From an uncultured virus (IMG/VR IMGVR_UViG_3300009512_000012) (taxonomy: Duplodnaviria > Heunggongvirae > Uroviricota > Caudoviricetes), in the IMG/VR virus record IMGVR_UViG_3300009512_000012: DNA of 64,000 nt; one strand, 5' to 3'. Positions 27,788 through 37,855 of the stretch are shown here, piece after piece (the first letter of the stretch is position 1; every line of letters starts with the position of its first letter). The notes beneath the pieces are model-generated. The model ran no database searches, was not told where the DNA came from, and saw only the letters and a list, made by a program, of their open reading frames with translations. Both the position numbers and the translations under genes were made by a program.

Positions 27788-28408
27788 TTAATCACCACCA
27801 CCACTTGATAGTACAGGTATTTCTCTAGAGTTGACAATCATCTTTCTTCTTTTAACTTTATTTGTATTGTGATAATTCCTATAGATTTTAGTTTCTATAT
27901 GACTAAACACTGCAAGATTTTTTGTTGCAAACTGTAAAGGTATTTTTTTATCAAACTCTGTTATCCATGAAAAGTTTTCTATCTTTCCATAGTGATAGAG
28001 AATATAATATTTTGGGGGATTAATTAATTCATAATCAACTTCTTCGGGGCCTATACAATCACATACACAATCATAATAGTATGAAAATATTTTATCATTT
28101 GTAGCATCTCTATTGTCAAAATGATAATTGCCTTTGTAGTTAAATAAAGATTTGTAGTCTTCAATTACTTCTGGTATATTAAGACCCATTCGATTAATTA
28201 AATTAATTTCTGTGTTAACGCAACTTGTAATATTATTATTACTTTGTGCGGCAAAAAAATCTAAATTAGTTCCACCACCGTGATATTTTACTGTTTGGAT
28301 TTTAGAGAAGATGTTATTAAGAACTTCATATTCAAAGTACTCAATATCTATGTAGTTGTTGTTTCTTGAAAGAGACTTAAGCTCTTTCCACAAATCAATG
28401 TGTGTCAT
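27788..28408 (-). CDS. hypothetical protein
   Basis: 206-aa ORF with AAGGA SD; no family recognised. Confidence 0.6.
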   Translation of the reverse strand: MTHIDLWKELKSLSRNNNYIDIEYFEYEVLNNIFSKIQTVKYHGGGTNLDFFAAQSNNNITSCVNTEINLINRMGLNIPEVIEDYKSLFNYKGNYHFDNRDATNDKIFSYYYDCVCDCIGPEEVDYELINPPKYYILYHYGKIENFSWITEFDKKIPLQFATKNLAVFSHIETKIYRNYHNTNKVKRRKMIVNSREIPVLSSGGGD

Positions 28409-28421
28409 AATATAATTCCTT

Positions 28422-29009
28422 TTATAGGGTTACTATTTCATAATATTTATATGCGAATTCTGTCGTTGCTTTTAAGTATGTTATATCTGTTTCCTCTTGA
28501 GTAAAATCTAAAGCTGAAAGAGATAATGGATATAAGTCTTGAAATCTTACTTCGATTAAAGGATTGTTTTTATTTGTTAGTAGTGTTAATGTTGCATCTG
28601 AAAACATTGCGTTTGCAGGTGTTCTTTCACTAGTATGTCCAACATCAGTACCTGAAGCAACAGCACCTCTAGTAGGTGAAGGTGTATTGGATGTAACTGC
28701 TCTAAAGTCGCTAAATTGTTTTCTTGATTTTGGAAAACCTATTGCTAATAACCAATTGTGTAATTCAATGTAGTTTTCATAGCTTTCTGCTACTTGAAAT
28801 CCAATGGTAAGATTGTCAAATGTAAGTTCATCACCCATCATAGGTATTTGTTTTAAAGGTGTAGGCATAAATGCTTCGCCAAGTGAAATACCAGGCAAAT
28901 TACATTGCGTTACAAAGAACTCAACCTTTGGAAGTTGAGTAATTCCAAACTTAAATTGAGTTGGACTTGCAAAGTCCAATGTTGTTGGTTGTCTTGATAC
29001 ACTAGTCAT
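28422..29009 (-). CDS. 3: tail completion / tube terminator (gp3-like)
   Basis: SP..FKF....P.V.FF....N.PGI.LG, NY.E.H.W, SDATL, F....P.SLS...F; follows gp23. Confidence 0.88.
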   Translation of the reverse strand: MTSVSRQPTTLDFASPTQFKFGITQLPKVEFFVTQCNLPGISLGEAFMPTPLKQIPMMGDELTFDNLTIGFQVAESYENYIELHNWLLAIGFPKSRKQFSDFRAVTSNTPSPTRGAVASGTDVGHTSERTPANAMFSDATLTLLTNKNNPLIEVRFQDLYPLSLSALDFTQEETDITYLKATTEFAYKYYEIVTL

Positions 29010-29028
29010 AATACTATTTAGTAGAAAT

Positions 29029-29054
29029 AAAAAAGGGCGCCGAAGCGCCCTTTT
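29029..29054 (-). terminator. Rho-independent terminator after gp23
   Basis: GGGCGC-TTCG-GCGCCC followed by TTTTTT (UUCG tetraloop). Confidence 0.92.
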
Positions 29055-29075
29055 GGAATAAAATTGTAATCGAGA

Positions 29076-30389
29076 TTACATTAAGTTAGCTACTTTAACT
29101 CTTCTGTAGTACTTGTTAGTGTTCGCTGTAATTGCGACACTTCCGTTAGTACTTGCACCCACTGTTCCTGTGTGGAATGGGTTTGAAGCGATACCGTATC
29201 TAGTCTTAAATCCAATTTTTGGTTGGAATGTGTTCTCGCCAACCGCTCTCACCATTTGTAGTGGAACATATGGACAGTAGAACATACCTGCGTCATAAGG
29301 TGAAGAACCTTTATAACCAACTACGTAGTATTGTGAAGCTGATACGTTGGCTGCATATGGGTCTACATATACTTTGTATCTGCCGTTTAACACACCAGCA
29401 AAAGTTGTTGATGTATCATCTACGTTTAAGTTAGTTGATAACGCTGGAGTGTAATCTAAAACACCAGCCATTTGTAAGGCAGAAGCAACGTCAGCACTTG
29501 TAATGATGATGTTACCTTTCCCTCTTCTTGTCTGTTGACCGATTGCGTTAGCATCTCTTTCAACTGCAAAAAGAAGTCCTTTGAACTTTTCAACTGACCA
29601 ACGTCCGTTAGAATCAGTATCTAAATCAAAGACACCTGCGTTTGTTACATTTACCTGAGCACCTTTAACAGCTGAGTTATAGATGTTTCTGATAACTTCT
29701 CTGTTAATTTCTGTTAAGATTTCTGCTGATAAAATGTTAGCAAGTTCTGTTTCTGCGTCTAAACCATGGATTGCTTTTAAGTCTTGAGCAAGTTCCATTG
29801 TGTATTCAGCTTTAAGAGCTCTTGATACAGCTGTAACTGTGTGCTTCTCAATTGAGAATGCCATTTCTGCGAAAGCGTCAGCAGTAGTATCACCTAAAGC
29901 TTCACTTTGTGCAGTTGTCATACCAGTAACAGTTGAGTAAGTACCTGCAGGTGTATCGTTTAACACTGCTGGGTTTGTACCAGATTGGTCGCCCGCACCA
30001 GTATTACCAGCTGCGTCTTGGTTAGATAGAAATGGAATTTCCTCATCTACTAACGCTTCTGCGCCTGCTTGTGAAATACTTCTTGCTCTCATTGCAAAGA
30101 TAAGTCCTGTTGGACCAGTCATTGGTTGAACACCACATACATCGTATGCAATAAGGTTTGGCATTGAACGTCTAACAAGAGAGATTAAAATTGGGTCCCA
30201 ATTGTCAATTGATGAACCTGTTGCGTTTGTTGCTTCGCCTAAAAACGCTCTATCTTCTCTTAATGCTTTTTCTTGGTTTTCCAAGATGACAGTAGTAACA
30301 GCTCGTCTGTATGCATCATCGATTTTTGGTAATTCGGGATGCTCTAGGACTGGCTGCCACTTTTCTTGTAAGTTTTGTGTTTGAAACAT
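29076..30389 (-). CDS. 23: major capsid protein (gp23)
   Basis: GVQPMTGPTGLIFAMR, SRALKAEY..ELAQDLKAIHGLDAE, YCPYVPL, FQPKIGFKTRYG. Confidence 0.99.
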   Translation of the reverse strand: MFQTQNLQEKWQPVLEHPELPKIDDAYRRAVTTVILENQEKALREDRAFLGEATNATGSSIDNWDPILISLVRRSMPNLIAYDVCGVQPMTGPTGLIFAMRARSISQAGAEALVDEEIPFLSNQDAAGNTGAGDQSGTNPAVLNDTPAGTYSTVTGMTTAQSEALGDTTADAFAEMAFSIEKHTVTAVSRALKAEYTMELAQDLKAIHGLDAETELANILSAEILTEINREVIRNIYNSAVKGAQVNVTNAGVFDLDTDSNGRWSVEKFKGLLFAVERDANAIGQQTRRGKGNIIITSADVASALQMAGVLDYTPALSTNLNVDDTSTTFAGVLNGRYKVYVDPYAANVSASQYYVVGYKGSSPYDAGMFYCPYVPLQMVRAVGENTFQPKIGFKTRYGIASNPFHTGTVGASTNGSVAITANTNKYYRRVKVANLM

Positions 30390-30420
30390 TAGTTTCTCCT
30401 TCTTATATTCTTACTATTTA

Positions 30421-31767
30421 TTAATTTGCACTATTCACTGTTCTGCCAATTGCAGACATGTAAGCTGCCATTGAACTATCTTCAGTGATGTCCTGTACAG
30501 GTGTGCCAGTTTCTACGTCATTATCAGTTGCTTCAGAAATTACTTGTTTTGGGAAGTAAGATTCTTTAAGGGTGTTTAACTTTTCAGCATAAACAGTTTC
30601 CTCTGTGAATTCTACGTCTTGTACAAGTGATTCGAACTTTTCAATCTCTGTGCTGGTTAAATCAGATGAAACATCTTTTAAAACCTTTTCCTGAACCAGA
30701 AAACCCTCAGCCTTTTTGGATTCAACAACTTGTTGAATTGTTGCTTCAAGTTTTTCCTCTAGTTTAGAAATCTTTTCAGCTTGTGCTTCAAGTACATCGT
30801 ACTTGTCGTCAGGCACATCGATGTAGTGGTCTTCAAATAAAGTTTTTAGACCAGAGATGAAGTCTTCAGCGATTTCGCCTTTAAGGCCACGCTCAAGAGC
30901 AAGTTCGTTTTCTTTCATCCACTCTTCAACAACATAGTTTAAGTAGTTATCTACTTTTTCTGTTAGTGAAGTTCTTACATCAGCAACTTCTTCGATTAAT
31001 TCAGATTTGTATTCTTCTTCTAATCTTTTAATCTCTTCTCTAATCTTGCTTTTTACAGCAGTTTCAAAGATTGTTGCAGCTTTTACTTTAAATTCTTCGG
31101 AAAGGTTAGTATCTGCACCTAAAAGAGCATCTACATGTTCTTTAACGTTAACAGACTTTAATCTTTCTTCGGTCTTAGCATCTTTTTCTTCGTCATCTGC
31201 GCCGTGAGCCATTTCTGAATTGTATGCTGCGTGTAGTTTTTCCATTTTGTCTTTTGACATTTTGGACATACCGTCTTGCATTTCTTTATACATTTCGTCT
31301 TTGGTTTTGTGCATTGCAGCCTTCATGTATTGAGCATATAATTCAGCCATGTCGTCTTTTTTCATAGACTTCATTGCTTTAATCATAGTTTCTTTCATTT
31401 TATCAGGCGTCATTTGCTCATCGGTCTCATCTGCGTCATCAGAATCGTCAGAATCTTTGGACATATCATCGTCATCGTCCTTTTCTTCTTCTTCTTTTAA
31501 CTTAGGTGTCGCATCAGCTTTACCGGCCCCTTTTTTAGCAGGGTCGTTTGAAACTTCTTTGGTTCCTTTACCTGCAGCTACAGACGCATCACCAACTTCG
31601 GCTGGTTTTGCACCTTTATCTACTTTAGTCTTACCATCAGATACAGAATCAGCTTTATCAGCTGGAGCTGCACCTTTTTTTGGAGCATCAGCACCATTGG
31701 CTTCTTCAAGTTCAGCCAAAACTTCCGCTTCTAGTTCCTCAATGGTTTTGTCTAATTCATTAGCCAT
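30421..31767 (-). CDS. 22: prohead core scaffold (gp22)
   Basis: LSEEFK.KAATIFETAV, VD.YLNYVVEEW, LKESYF; long acidic N-terminal extension. Confidence 0.93.
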   Translation of the reverse strand: MANELDKTIEELEAEVLAELEEANGADAPKKGAAPADKADSVSDGKTKVDKGAKPAEVGDASVAAGKGTKEVSNDPAKKGAGKADATPKLKEEEEKDDDDDMSKDSDDSDDADETDEQMTPDKMKETMIKAMKSMKKDDMAELYAQYMKAAMHKTKDEMYKEMQDGMSKMSKDKMEKLHAAYNSEMAHGADDEEKDAKTEERLKSVNVKEHVDALLGADTNLSEEFKVKAATIFETAVKSKIREEIKRLEEEYKSELIEEVADVRTSLTEKVDNYLNYVVEEWMKENELALERGLKGEIAEDFISGLKTLFEDHYIDVPDDKYDVLEAQAEKISKLEEKLEATIQQVVESKKAEGFLVQEKVLKDVSSDLTSTEIEKFESLVQDVEFTEETVYAEKLNTLKESYFPKQVISEATDNDVETGTPVQDITEDSSMAAYMSAIGRTVNSAN

Positions 31768-31787
31768 GGGATTGTCTCCTTTAGTTT

Positions 31788-31809
31788 TATTTATACATCA
31801 TTATTTATA
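31788..31809 (-). promoter_or_regulatory. tandem T4-type late promoters (TATAAATA x2) upstream of gp22
   Basis: tatttata at 31788-31795 and 31802-31809 on the plus strand. Confidence 0.75.
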
Positions 31810-31811
31810 AA

Positions 31812-32474
31812 TTAAAGCATTTTAAGGAACTTTGCAAACTCTAATGCTTGTTCCTTATCTTGTCTTGCTCTAACTTTTTGTTCAATTCTTTCTTTCATTT
31901 CGAAAACTTGTGCCTCGATTAGTGAACCATGGTTCCAAACCCATTCTTTTCCTTCCATAATGCCCTCTACGAAAGCGGAAGGTGCTGACGGGTCAGCCAC
32001 AATATCACCTGCTGTTGCAAGTTTGAAATCACTTCTCACATAATTCACACCACCTTTTTGGTCTAAACTACCCATGCCTCTTGATGAAACGCCGAGTGTA
32101 GCACCCTCGTCCATAAGATTCTTTACAATTTCACCCATTGGAGTTGACATAATCTTTGCCTCTCCTATGAAGTTATCGCCTTCAGCCTTTAAACTTGTAA
32201 TCATATGTGATACTCTATCTAAATTGACTGTTGGTCCTTCTGGGTGTCCTAGCTCTCCGAATGCTCTTTTCTTTTGAACATATTCTTCGTTATAGGATTT
32301 AACTTCTTTCATAAGGATATCTTTTGGATATACTCTGCCATTTCTATTCTTTATATTGGCTTGCATAAAGATTCCTCTTATTTTGTAATCCTTTTTGCCA
32401 TCTTCCTTTTCTTCTATAAGATAGTTTTGAGAACTAAAATCGTTTGCTTCTGTGATTAATTTAACTGTATTCAT
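31812..32474 (-). CDS. 21: prohead protease (gp21)
   Basis: GIFMQ...KNRNGRVY, GELGHP, LGVSSRGMGS, DIVADPSAP.AFV. Confidence 0.97.
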   Translation of the reverse strand: MNTVKLITEANDFSSQNYLIEEKEDGKKDYKIRGIFMQANIKNRNGRVYPKDILMKEVKSYNEEYVQKKRAFGELGHPEGPTVNLDRVSHMITSLKAEGDNFIGEAKIMSTPMGEIVKNLMDEGATLGVSSRGMGSLDQKGGVNYVRSDFKLATAGDIVADPSAPSAFVEGIMEGKEWVWNHGSLIEAQVFEMKERIEQKVRARQDKEQALEFAKFLKML

Positions 32475-32860
32475 TAGCTTATATTATCGAAACCCGATAC
32501 CTTTCTACATTTTAGGATAATAAATCCTACACATGCACTATCATTTTCATAGAAAATATCACCAGTGATTCCGTCACCAGCGTTGTTTGCAATTGACGGC
32601 ATTTGTTGACTACCGACATTATAACTACCATTACCATTTAGTGTAAGAGCAGTTATATTCGCTGTTGCGTCAAATTCTATTTCTGTTACGGAACTAACTG
32701 ACCATTGACAAGCAACAATACTTACTCTTGGGTTGGTAGCGGCACCAGCTAATGCAGACACATCAATAATCTTTAGTGCTGTTGCATTTGTACCTGTAAT
32801 TGTTGTTTTAGTAATAACTTCAAAATCTGAATCTACTAAAGTTTGCGTTATATAAGCCAT
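32474..32860 (-). CDS. hypothetical head-module protein
   Basis: 128 aa, AGGAG SD, TAATG-coupled to gp21. Confidence 0.65.
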   Translation of the reverse strand: MAYITQTLVDSDFEVITKTTITGTNATALKIIDVSALAGAATNPRVSIVACQWSVSSVTEIEFDATANITALTLNGNGSYNVGSQQMPSIANNAGDGITGDIFYENDSACVGFIILKCRKVSGFDNIS

Positions 32861-32870
32861 TTGTTACTCC

Positions 32871-33119
32871 TTAAATACCTAATGCTTCCTTTTCAAAGTA
32901 ATCGTATAACTGTTTTTCAGGCACACGATTCTTTTTGGCGACATCAGATATTGCTTTTTCAAAATTATTTAGGAAATTTGAACCTTTAGTATCTAATTTA
33001 TTGAATAATTCATCTACTGCATTCTTCATCTTGGGCGATAGTTTCTTATAGGACTTAGTTTTCTTATGTTCATCCTTTTCAACAATCGAACTATAAATGT
33101 CTGCAAATTTCTTAGTCAT
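32871..33119 (-). CDS. small head-module protein (gp68-like position)
   Basis: Start MTKKF at 33119 overlaps the previous stop; call based on synteny. Confidence 0.55.
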   Translation of the reverse strand: MTKKFADIYSSIVEKDEHKKTKSYKKLSPKMKNAVDELFNKLDTKGSNFLNNFEKAISDVAKKNRVPEKQLYDYFEKEALGI

Positions 33120-33297
33120 CCGTTTTGTCTGTATCGTCAGGCAAATGGTCTCTAACAAAAGATTTTGCAACTTCAGCTTTTTTAGTTTCAAGTGAATCTG
33201 CCATCTTTGCTTTCATTGTGCCTTTAAATGCATCTTCGGCGTCAAGTGTTTTTCCGTTTGCCAATGCATCGATTATATCTTTACTGTTCATCGTCAT
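33112..33297 (-). CDS. small prohead core protein (gp67-like)
   Basis: 61 aa, directly after the portal gene; II.A...G....A...F...M..K pattern. Confidence 0.6.
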   Translation of the reverse strand: MTMNSKDIIDALANGKTLDAEDAFKGTMKAKMADSLETKKAEVAKSFVRDHLPDDTDKTDD

Positions 33298-34840
33298 CTC
33301 CTATTTCATCATCTTCTTCTGGTCCTTTAAGTGGTTCGTTGTTAATACCACTGTTTGGTTCTAAATTTACCCCACCGTCTTCAGGTTCGATTCCAGCCTC
33401 TGTGTTTATTTCTTTTCTCATTTCTTCCATTTCATAATCAGTCATCCTTAAAACGTTTTTATTAACCCAAGATTTAGAAAAGAATGTTCCAATATAACTT
33501 TCTATTGCTCCAAGTTGGTCTATTTTTTCTCTTAATAATTCTGCAGCTTTTAATTCTGCAAAATGACCATCTTGCATAAAGTCATATTGTATATGCTCTT
33601 TAATTGAAGTCCACTCATTAATATTTATAACACCCTTTAAAACTAATTGTGTTTTTAATATGTCATTAAATAATGGTGTAAACTTTTTTCTTATTCTTTG
33701 AACGAACTTAGTAAACTTTAATTCGTCTCTAGTAATTTCCGTTGAACGACCTAAAGAAAAGCTTTGTTCTGCTTCTAATCTTGAAATAGGAACATTCAAA
33801 GAACGATAAAGTTTTCTTTGGAAATAAATGATATCATCTATCTCACCTAGATTTGAACCACCAGGCAATGTTGATATCTCTGTTCCTCTTCCACCTTCTC
33901 GTCTTGGTAACCAAAAATCTTCTAGCATTGACATATGATTTCTGTCATCTCTAATTTCACCAGTCTTTGCATCATAAACTAATTTGTTACGATATCTTTG
34001 CATAACATCCTTTAGATATTGTTCTGCTTTTACTTTTGGAAGATTACCCACATCAATGTAAAATATTCTTCTTTCTGGTGCTCTTGATATTCTGTAAATA
34101 ACTAAAGAATCTTCAATCATTCTTAATTGATTGACAGGTTTAATTGCTTTTTGTAAGTATGATAAAACAAGATTTTTGTTTGCATCAACTAAACCAGAAG
34201 GTACATAAGTTACTGCATCAGGTGAGATACGAATACCTTGAGTACCATTTAAGTTTACACCTTTTTCGTTGTAAACATAATAGTCAGCAGTTCCAGCAAT
34301 TAAGTCTGGGCCTGTTCCTCTATTTGGTTTCTTCTTTACTTCTTTAACTTTTTTAATTTTTCTTGGGTCTATGTATCTAAGTTCTACAATACCAAGTTTA
34401 GGATTTTTTGTATCAATTACTTTATGATAATATAATCGACCATCAACATACCATCTTCTAAAAATGTCATGTCCTTTTACATCAAAATCTAAAAGTGATA
34501 ATGTTTCATCAAAACACTTTCTTATTTCATCTTTAACATTTTTTTTATAAGGTAGTTGGTCAAGTATAATAGAAACTGCTTGGTCTCTCTCATTTGAAAT
34601 AATTGATTCGTTAACGATATCTTCTATCGCACTGTCACATTCAGGTTGTTGGGATACTTCACGATATCGTTTGACTAAGTCATATTCACTTTTGTCTCTT
34701 CCGTCTGTATCTAATACAGTTGCGAAGTGACCTCCACCTGATATTTCGACTGTGCCGTCATCAGGTGAAGGTTGTGTGAATTTCTGAACGCTATCGCTGT
34801 CTTTAATTCTTTCGAATTTAAATCCGAATAATTCTGCCAT
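33281..34840 (-). CDS. 20: portal vertex protein (gp20)
   Basis: WYVDGR, EDSLVIYRISRAPERRIFYIDVGNLP, EDFWLPRREGGRGTEI.TLPG. Confidence 0.98.
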   Translation of the reverse strand: MAELFGFKFERIKDSDSVQKFTQPSPDDGTVEISGGGHFATVLDTDGRDKSEYDLVKRYREVSQQPECDSAIEDIVNESIISNERDQAVSIILDQLPYKKNVKDEIRKCFDETLSLLDFDVKGHDIFRRWYVDGRLYYHKVIDTKNPKLGIVELRYIDPRKIKKVKEVKKKPNRGTGPDLIAGTADYYVYNEKGVNLNGTQGIRISPDAVTYVPSGLVDANKNLVLSYLQKAIKPVNQLRMIEDSLVIYRISRAPERRIFYIDVGNLPKVKAEQYLKDVMQRYRNKLVYDAKTGEIRDDRNHMSMLEDFWLPRREGGRGTEISTLPGGSNLGEIDDIIYFQRKLYRSLNVPISRLEAEQSFSLGRSTEITRDELKFTKFVQRIRKKFTPLFNDILKTQLVLKGVININEWTSIKEHIQYDFMQDGHFAELKAAELLREKIDQLGAIESYIGTFFSKSWVNKNVLRMTDYEMEEMRKEINTEAGIEPEDGGVNLEPNSGINNEPLKGPEEDDEIGDDDEQ

Positions 34841-34861
34841 AATATTTACTCCTATACGCTT

Positions 34862-34885
34862 TATTTATAAGAGGCTGTAAGCCTC
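34862..34885 (-). promoter_or_regulatory. hairpin after gp19 directly followed by a late promoter for gp20
   Basis: GAGGC-TTACA-GCCTC, then TATAAATA (34869-34862). Confidence 0.7.
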
Positions 34886-34891
34886 CTAAAT

Positions 34892-35434
34892 TTAACTTAG
34901 AGTGAAAGCATTAAGACCTTGAGATACAAAGTGTTGATATCTCCATGTGACTTCAAATTCCTCAATAGCATTTGTTGTTTCATATGACAAGTCAATCTGT
35001 GCGATTGTCTGTGGATATGCGTTAACAAATCTATATGTTTTTAGAATTGTGTCGTCTCTGTCTAATTGCTCTACTGTCAAATCAGTTTGATAGTCACCAA
35101 GTTCTGTAACACCAGTGTTACTTGCAAGGTCATTGATTCCGTTCATCCAACGTTCAATTGCATTCCTTACAGAAAAGTCTGTATCATTAATGAATGTAGT
35201 TGACCATGTTTCGAACTCTCTATCACCTGCGATGTAGATGTTTCTTCCTCTGAAAGGTACAGGTATCTCGCCAAGTGTTTGACCTGGTAAGTTTGATGCC
35301 TTTGCTAAGAATGAAGACTTTCTTGTATCTAATCCAATTGCGATACCTGGTGGTGGTGTTATAGTTACTCTAAATTGGTTGGCTCTTGCGCCAGCACCAA
35401 TCATATTTGCTTTAAAGTCATCTATGTTTGCCAT
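34892..35434 (-). CDS. 19: tail tube protein (gp19)
   Basis: GARANQF.V, LPG.T, FRGR...AGDR.F..W, QLDR, IEEF.VT. Confidence 0.96.
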   Translation of the reverse strand: MANIDDFKANMIGAGARANQFRVTITPPPGIAIGLDTRKSSFLAKASNLPGQTLGEIPVPFRGRNIYIAGDREFETWSTTFINDTDFSVRNAIERWMNGINDLASNTGVTELGDYQTDLTVEQLDRDDTILKTYRFVNAYPQTIAQIDLSYETTNAIEEFEVTWRYQHFVSQGLNAFTLS

Positions 35435-37443
35435 TATACTGCTCCTGCCACTTCAGTAAACGCTACACCAGTTCTTGTTGCAACGAAGTTTAATTGAATG
35501 AAGTTGATAGCTCTTGCAGGTTTAACAAAAATATCTGCAACGAATTCATTTCTATCAATGACTTCGCCAGTGTTATTTGTTGCATCTGCTACTACAGAAA
35601 AGTCTGTAATTCCTCTTCTACCTTGAACATCTCTTAGGAAAGGTTCTACTAATCCTCTAAACTGAGCTCTTGTAAATTCGTCATTGAATTCAAAGAGTTG
35701 GAATTTAGCGGCAGTAGCTACTGCTTTTTCTAACAAGATAAACAATCTTCTAACATTGATTCTATCAAATGCTGAGGGTTGTGATAATGCTGTCTTGTCT
35801 CCGAATAAAAGCACACCTTGACCTGGTTGATTGATAACTGGGTTTACTCTTCCTCTGTACAATCTATCTCTTTCAGATTGATTTGGATTGAAAGCAAGTT
35901 TAACTGCTCCTCTAATTCTACCTCTGTTATATCCAGCAGGTGAAAAGAAAGAATCAGCAACTTGGTCTGTTCTTGCACAGGTACCAGCGACATCACCATT
36001 TAATGGTACAAATCTGAAAGTATCATTATACTTGTCGTACATGTACTTGTAACCAGAATCTAAAACCATGAAAGATGAACTTGGAAGTGTATCAGCATCA
36101 GTTGTAACATTGTCTGCTTGTGATGTTGAATCTGTTACTCCAACTACTGCACCTCTTCTAGGTGAAACAAAACATAAACAATCTTTTCTAGCTGTTACAA
36201 TGTCGTTAAGCATTGTTGCATGAGTAGTGACGCCTGCTGTAGTATCAGCAACGATTGATGATGGTCCACCTAAGATTAAGTTTACATCTTCTAATGCGTC
36301 ATCTTGGAATTTCTCATAAGCAATTTGAATTTCCCCAGCAGTAACAGCATAATCGTCTGTTCCACCAGTTAAAGTTCCAGCATCAACTCCAATAACATTT
36401 GTAAATGCAGTTGTGCCTGTAAGATTTGTTCCCCAATTGGTACCACCTGAAATGTGGTCAGTCCAATAAATTTGAGTTGAATTAGCGTAAAGAAAATCTG
36501 GGTAGTAAATTGATGAACCTGATTCGTTCTTTGCGTTTGGATGCTTAGATAAGTTTCCGAAACTTTCGATAACTGAACTAGTTCTTCCACCTGCGGCTGT
36601 ATTTGAAAAACCTGTTACTGAACCGTCTGTATCATAAACAACAACATGTAATTCATCATTTGTTCCTCTTTGATTTGATGACGCATATGTTGAAGTACCT
36701 GGGGCACCGTTAAATAAGTCATAAAATCTCCAACGTCTTTTGATGTATGAGTTGTCAGGTATGGTATTATGAACACCACCACCATTTGGATTATCTTTTT
36801 GTCTAATTGTTAATGTGTCTGTTGAAATAGAAACGACTTCATATTCTTTACCATTTTCGCCAGTTACAGGTGTTGTACCGGTTGAATCTGAAAAGAATGA
36901 AATTAAATCGCCAACATTAATTACATTGTTTGCTAAATCTGCATCATCAACTGCAATTGTTGTTGAACCTGCAGCATCTTCTCCAACTGTTAAGTTAGAA
37001 CCTGATAATACTTGTTCGTATGCTGTTGCACTTGGGCAAAGCGAAACTCCTAGTGAGTTACCCCATGTTCCAGCAGTTCTTGCAGCCCATTCGCCGTGTG
37101 AACCTTGACCTGTTGAAAATGAGTTTAAGTAGTGGTCTGTGTCTCTTATTAAGATACCACTGTTTGCTCCAGCGTTTACAATACCTGATGCAGCTCTTAC
37201 AACCTTTAAGGAGTTTGTATAACCTAAAAAGTTTGCAGCTGTAAAGAATGTTTCAAAGTTACTACTATTTGGTTTACCAAATAACTTAACTAATTCTTCT
37301 TCACTTGATACTGTCGTTACACTAGAAACAGGGCCTTTTTCAAATGCACCTGCGATTGCACCAATAGATGTTGCAACGGAAGGTACCACATTAGTTAAAT
37401 CGACTTCTCTTACCTGTACGCCAGGTGATACTAGAAATGCCAT
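35434..37443 (-). CDS. 18: tail sheath protein (gp18)
   Basis: SPGV.VREVDLT, SPAG.NRG, GDKT, FDRINVRRLF, FEFND..TR, KP.R.INFI.LNF.A. Confidence 0.98.
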   Translation of the reverse strand: MAFLVSPGVQVREVDLTNVVPSVATSIGAIAGAFEKGPVSSVTTVSSEEELVKLFGKPNSSNFETFFTAANFLGYTNSLKVVRAASGIVNAGANSGILIRDTDHYLNSFSTGQGSHGEWAARTAGTWGNSLGVSLCPSATAYEQVLSGSNLTVGEDAAGSTTIAVDDADLANNVINVGDLISFFSDSTGTTPVTGENGKEYEVVSISTDTLTIRQKDNPNGGGVHNTIPDNSYIKRRWRFYDLFNGAPGTSTYASSNQRGTNDELHVVVYDTDGSVTGFSNTAAGGRTSSVIESFGNLSKHPNAKNESGSSIYYPDFLYANSTQIYWTDHISGGTNWGTNLTGTTAFTNVIGVDAGTLTGGTDDYAVTAGEIQIAYEKFQDDALEDVNLILGGPSSIVADTTAGVTTHATMLNDIVTARKDCLCFVSPRRGAVVGVTDSTSQADNVTTDADTLPSSSFMVLDSGYKYMYDKYNDTFRFVPLNGDVAGTCARTDQVADSFFSPAGYNRGRIRGAVKLAFNPNQSERDRLYRGRVNPVINQPGQGVLLFGDKTALSQPSAFDRINVRRLFILLEKAVATAAKFQLFEFNDEFTRAQFRGLVEPFLRDVQGRRGITDFSVVADATNNTGEVIDRNEFVADIFVKPARAINFIQLNFVATRTGVAFTEVAGAV

Positions 37444-37495
37444 GGGTTGTCTCCTTTTAAATGATTTAATATATCATTATTTCTTTATACACGTT

Positions 37496-37503
37496 TATTT
37501 ATA
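37496..37503 (-). promoter_or_regulatory. late promoter for gp18
   Basis: TATAAATA. Confidence 0.8.
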
Positions 37504-37545
37504 GTTTTTTATTTTTCACAACGCCATTTTTATAGACCGATTGTA

Positions 37546-37553
37546 TATAAATA
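37546..37553 (+). promoter_or_regulatory. late promoter for the plus-strand HNH-like gene
   Basis: TATAAATA ending 5 nt before the ATG at 37559. Confidence 0.65.
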
Positions 37554-37558
37554 AGATT

Positions 37559-37855
37559 ATGCAATCACACTATGACAAATATAAAGAAACTATCAAGAAA
37601 GTGGCAAGACGACACTATAATAAACGTGTATCTTGGTTAAATTCCCACTTATCCGATAAATCTTGTATCAATTGTGGTGAATCTGAAACTATATGTCTCA
37701 AATTCTATCCAAATGATTCAGAAATTCGCAAAAAATCAAAAACTACTGCAATTAATGGTCAAAGAGACGAAATTTTAACTCTCATAGACAGTTCAAAAGT
37801 TCTTTGTCATAATTGTTGGATTAAATTAGATAGTGATTTAATCGAACTTATTTAG
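37559..37855 (+). CDS. HNH-like zinc-finger protein, apparently degenerate
   Basis: CINCGE...CL.F and VLCHNC; ATG at 37559 preferred over TTG at 37541. Confidence 0.65.
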   Translation: MQSHYDKYKETIKKVARRHYNKRVSWLNSHLSDKSCINCGESETICLKFYPNDSEIRKKSKTTAINGQRDEILTLIDSSKVLCHNCWIKLDSDLIELI

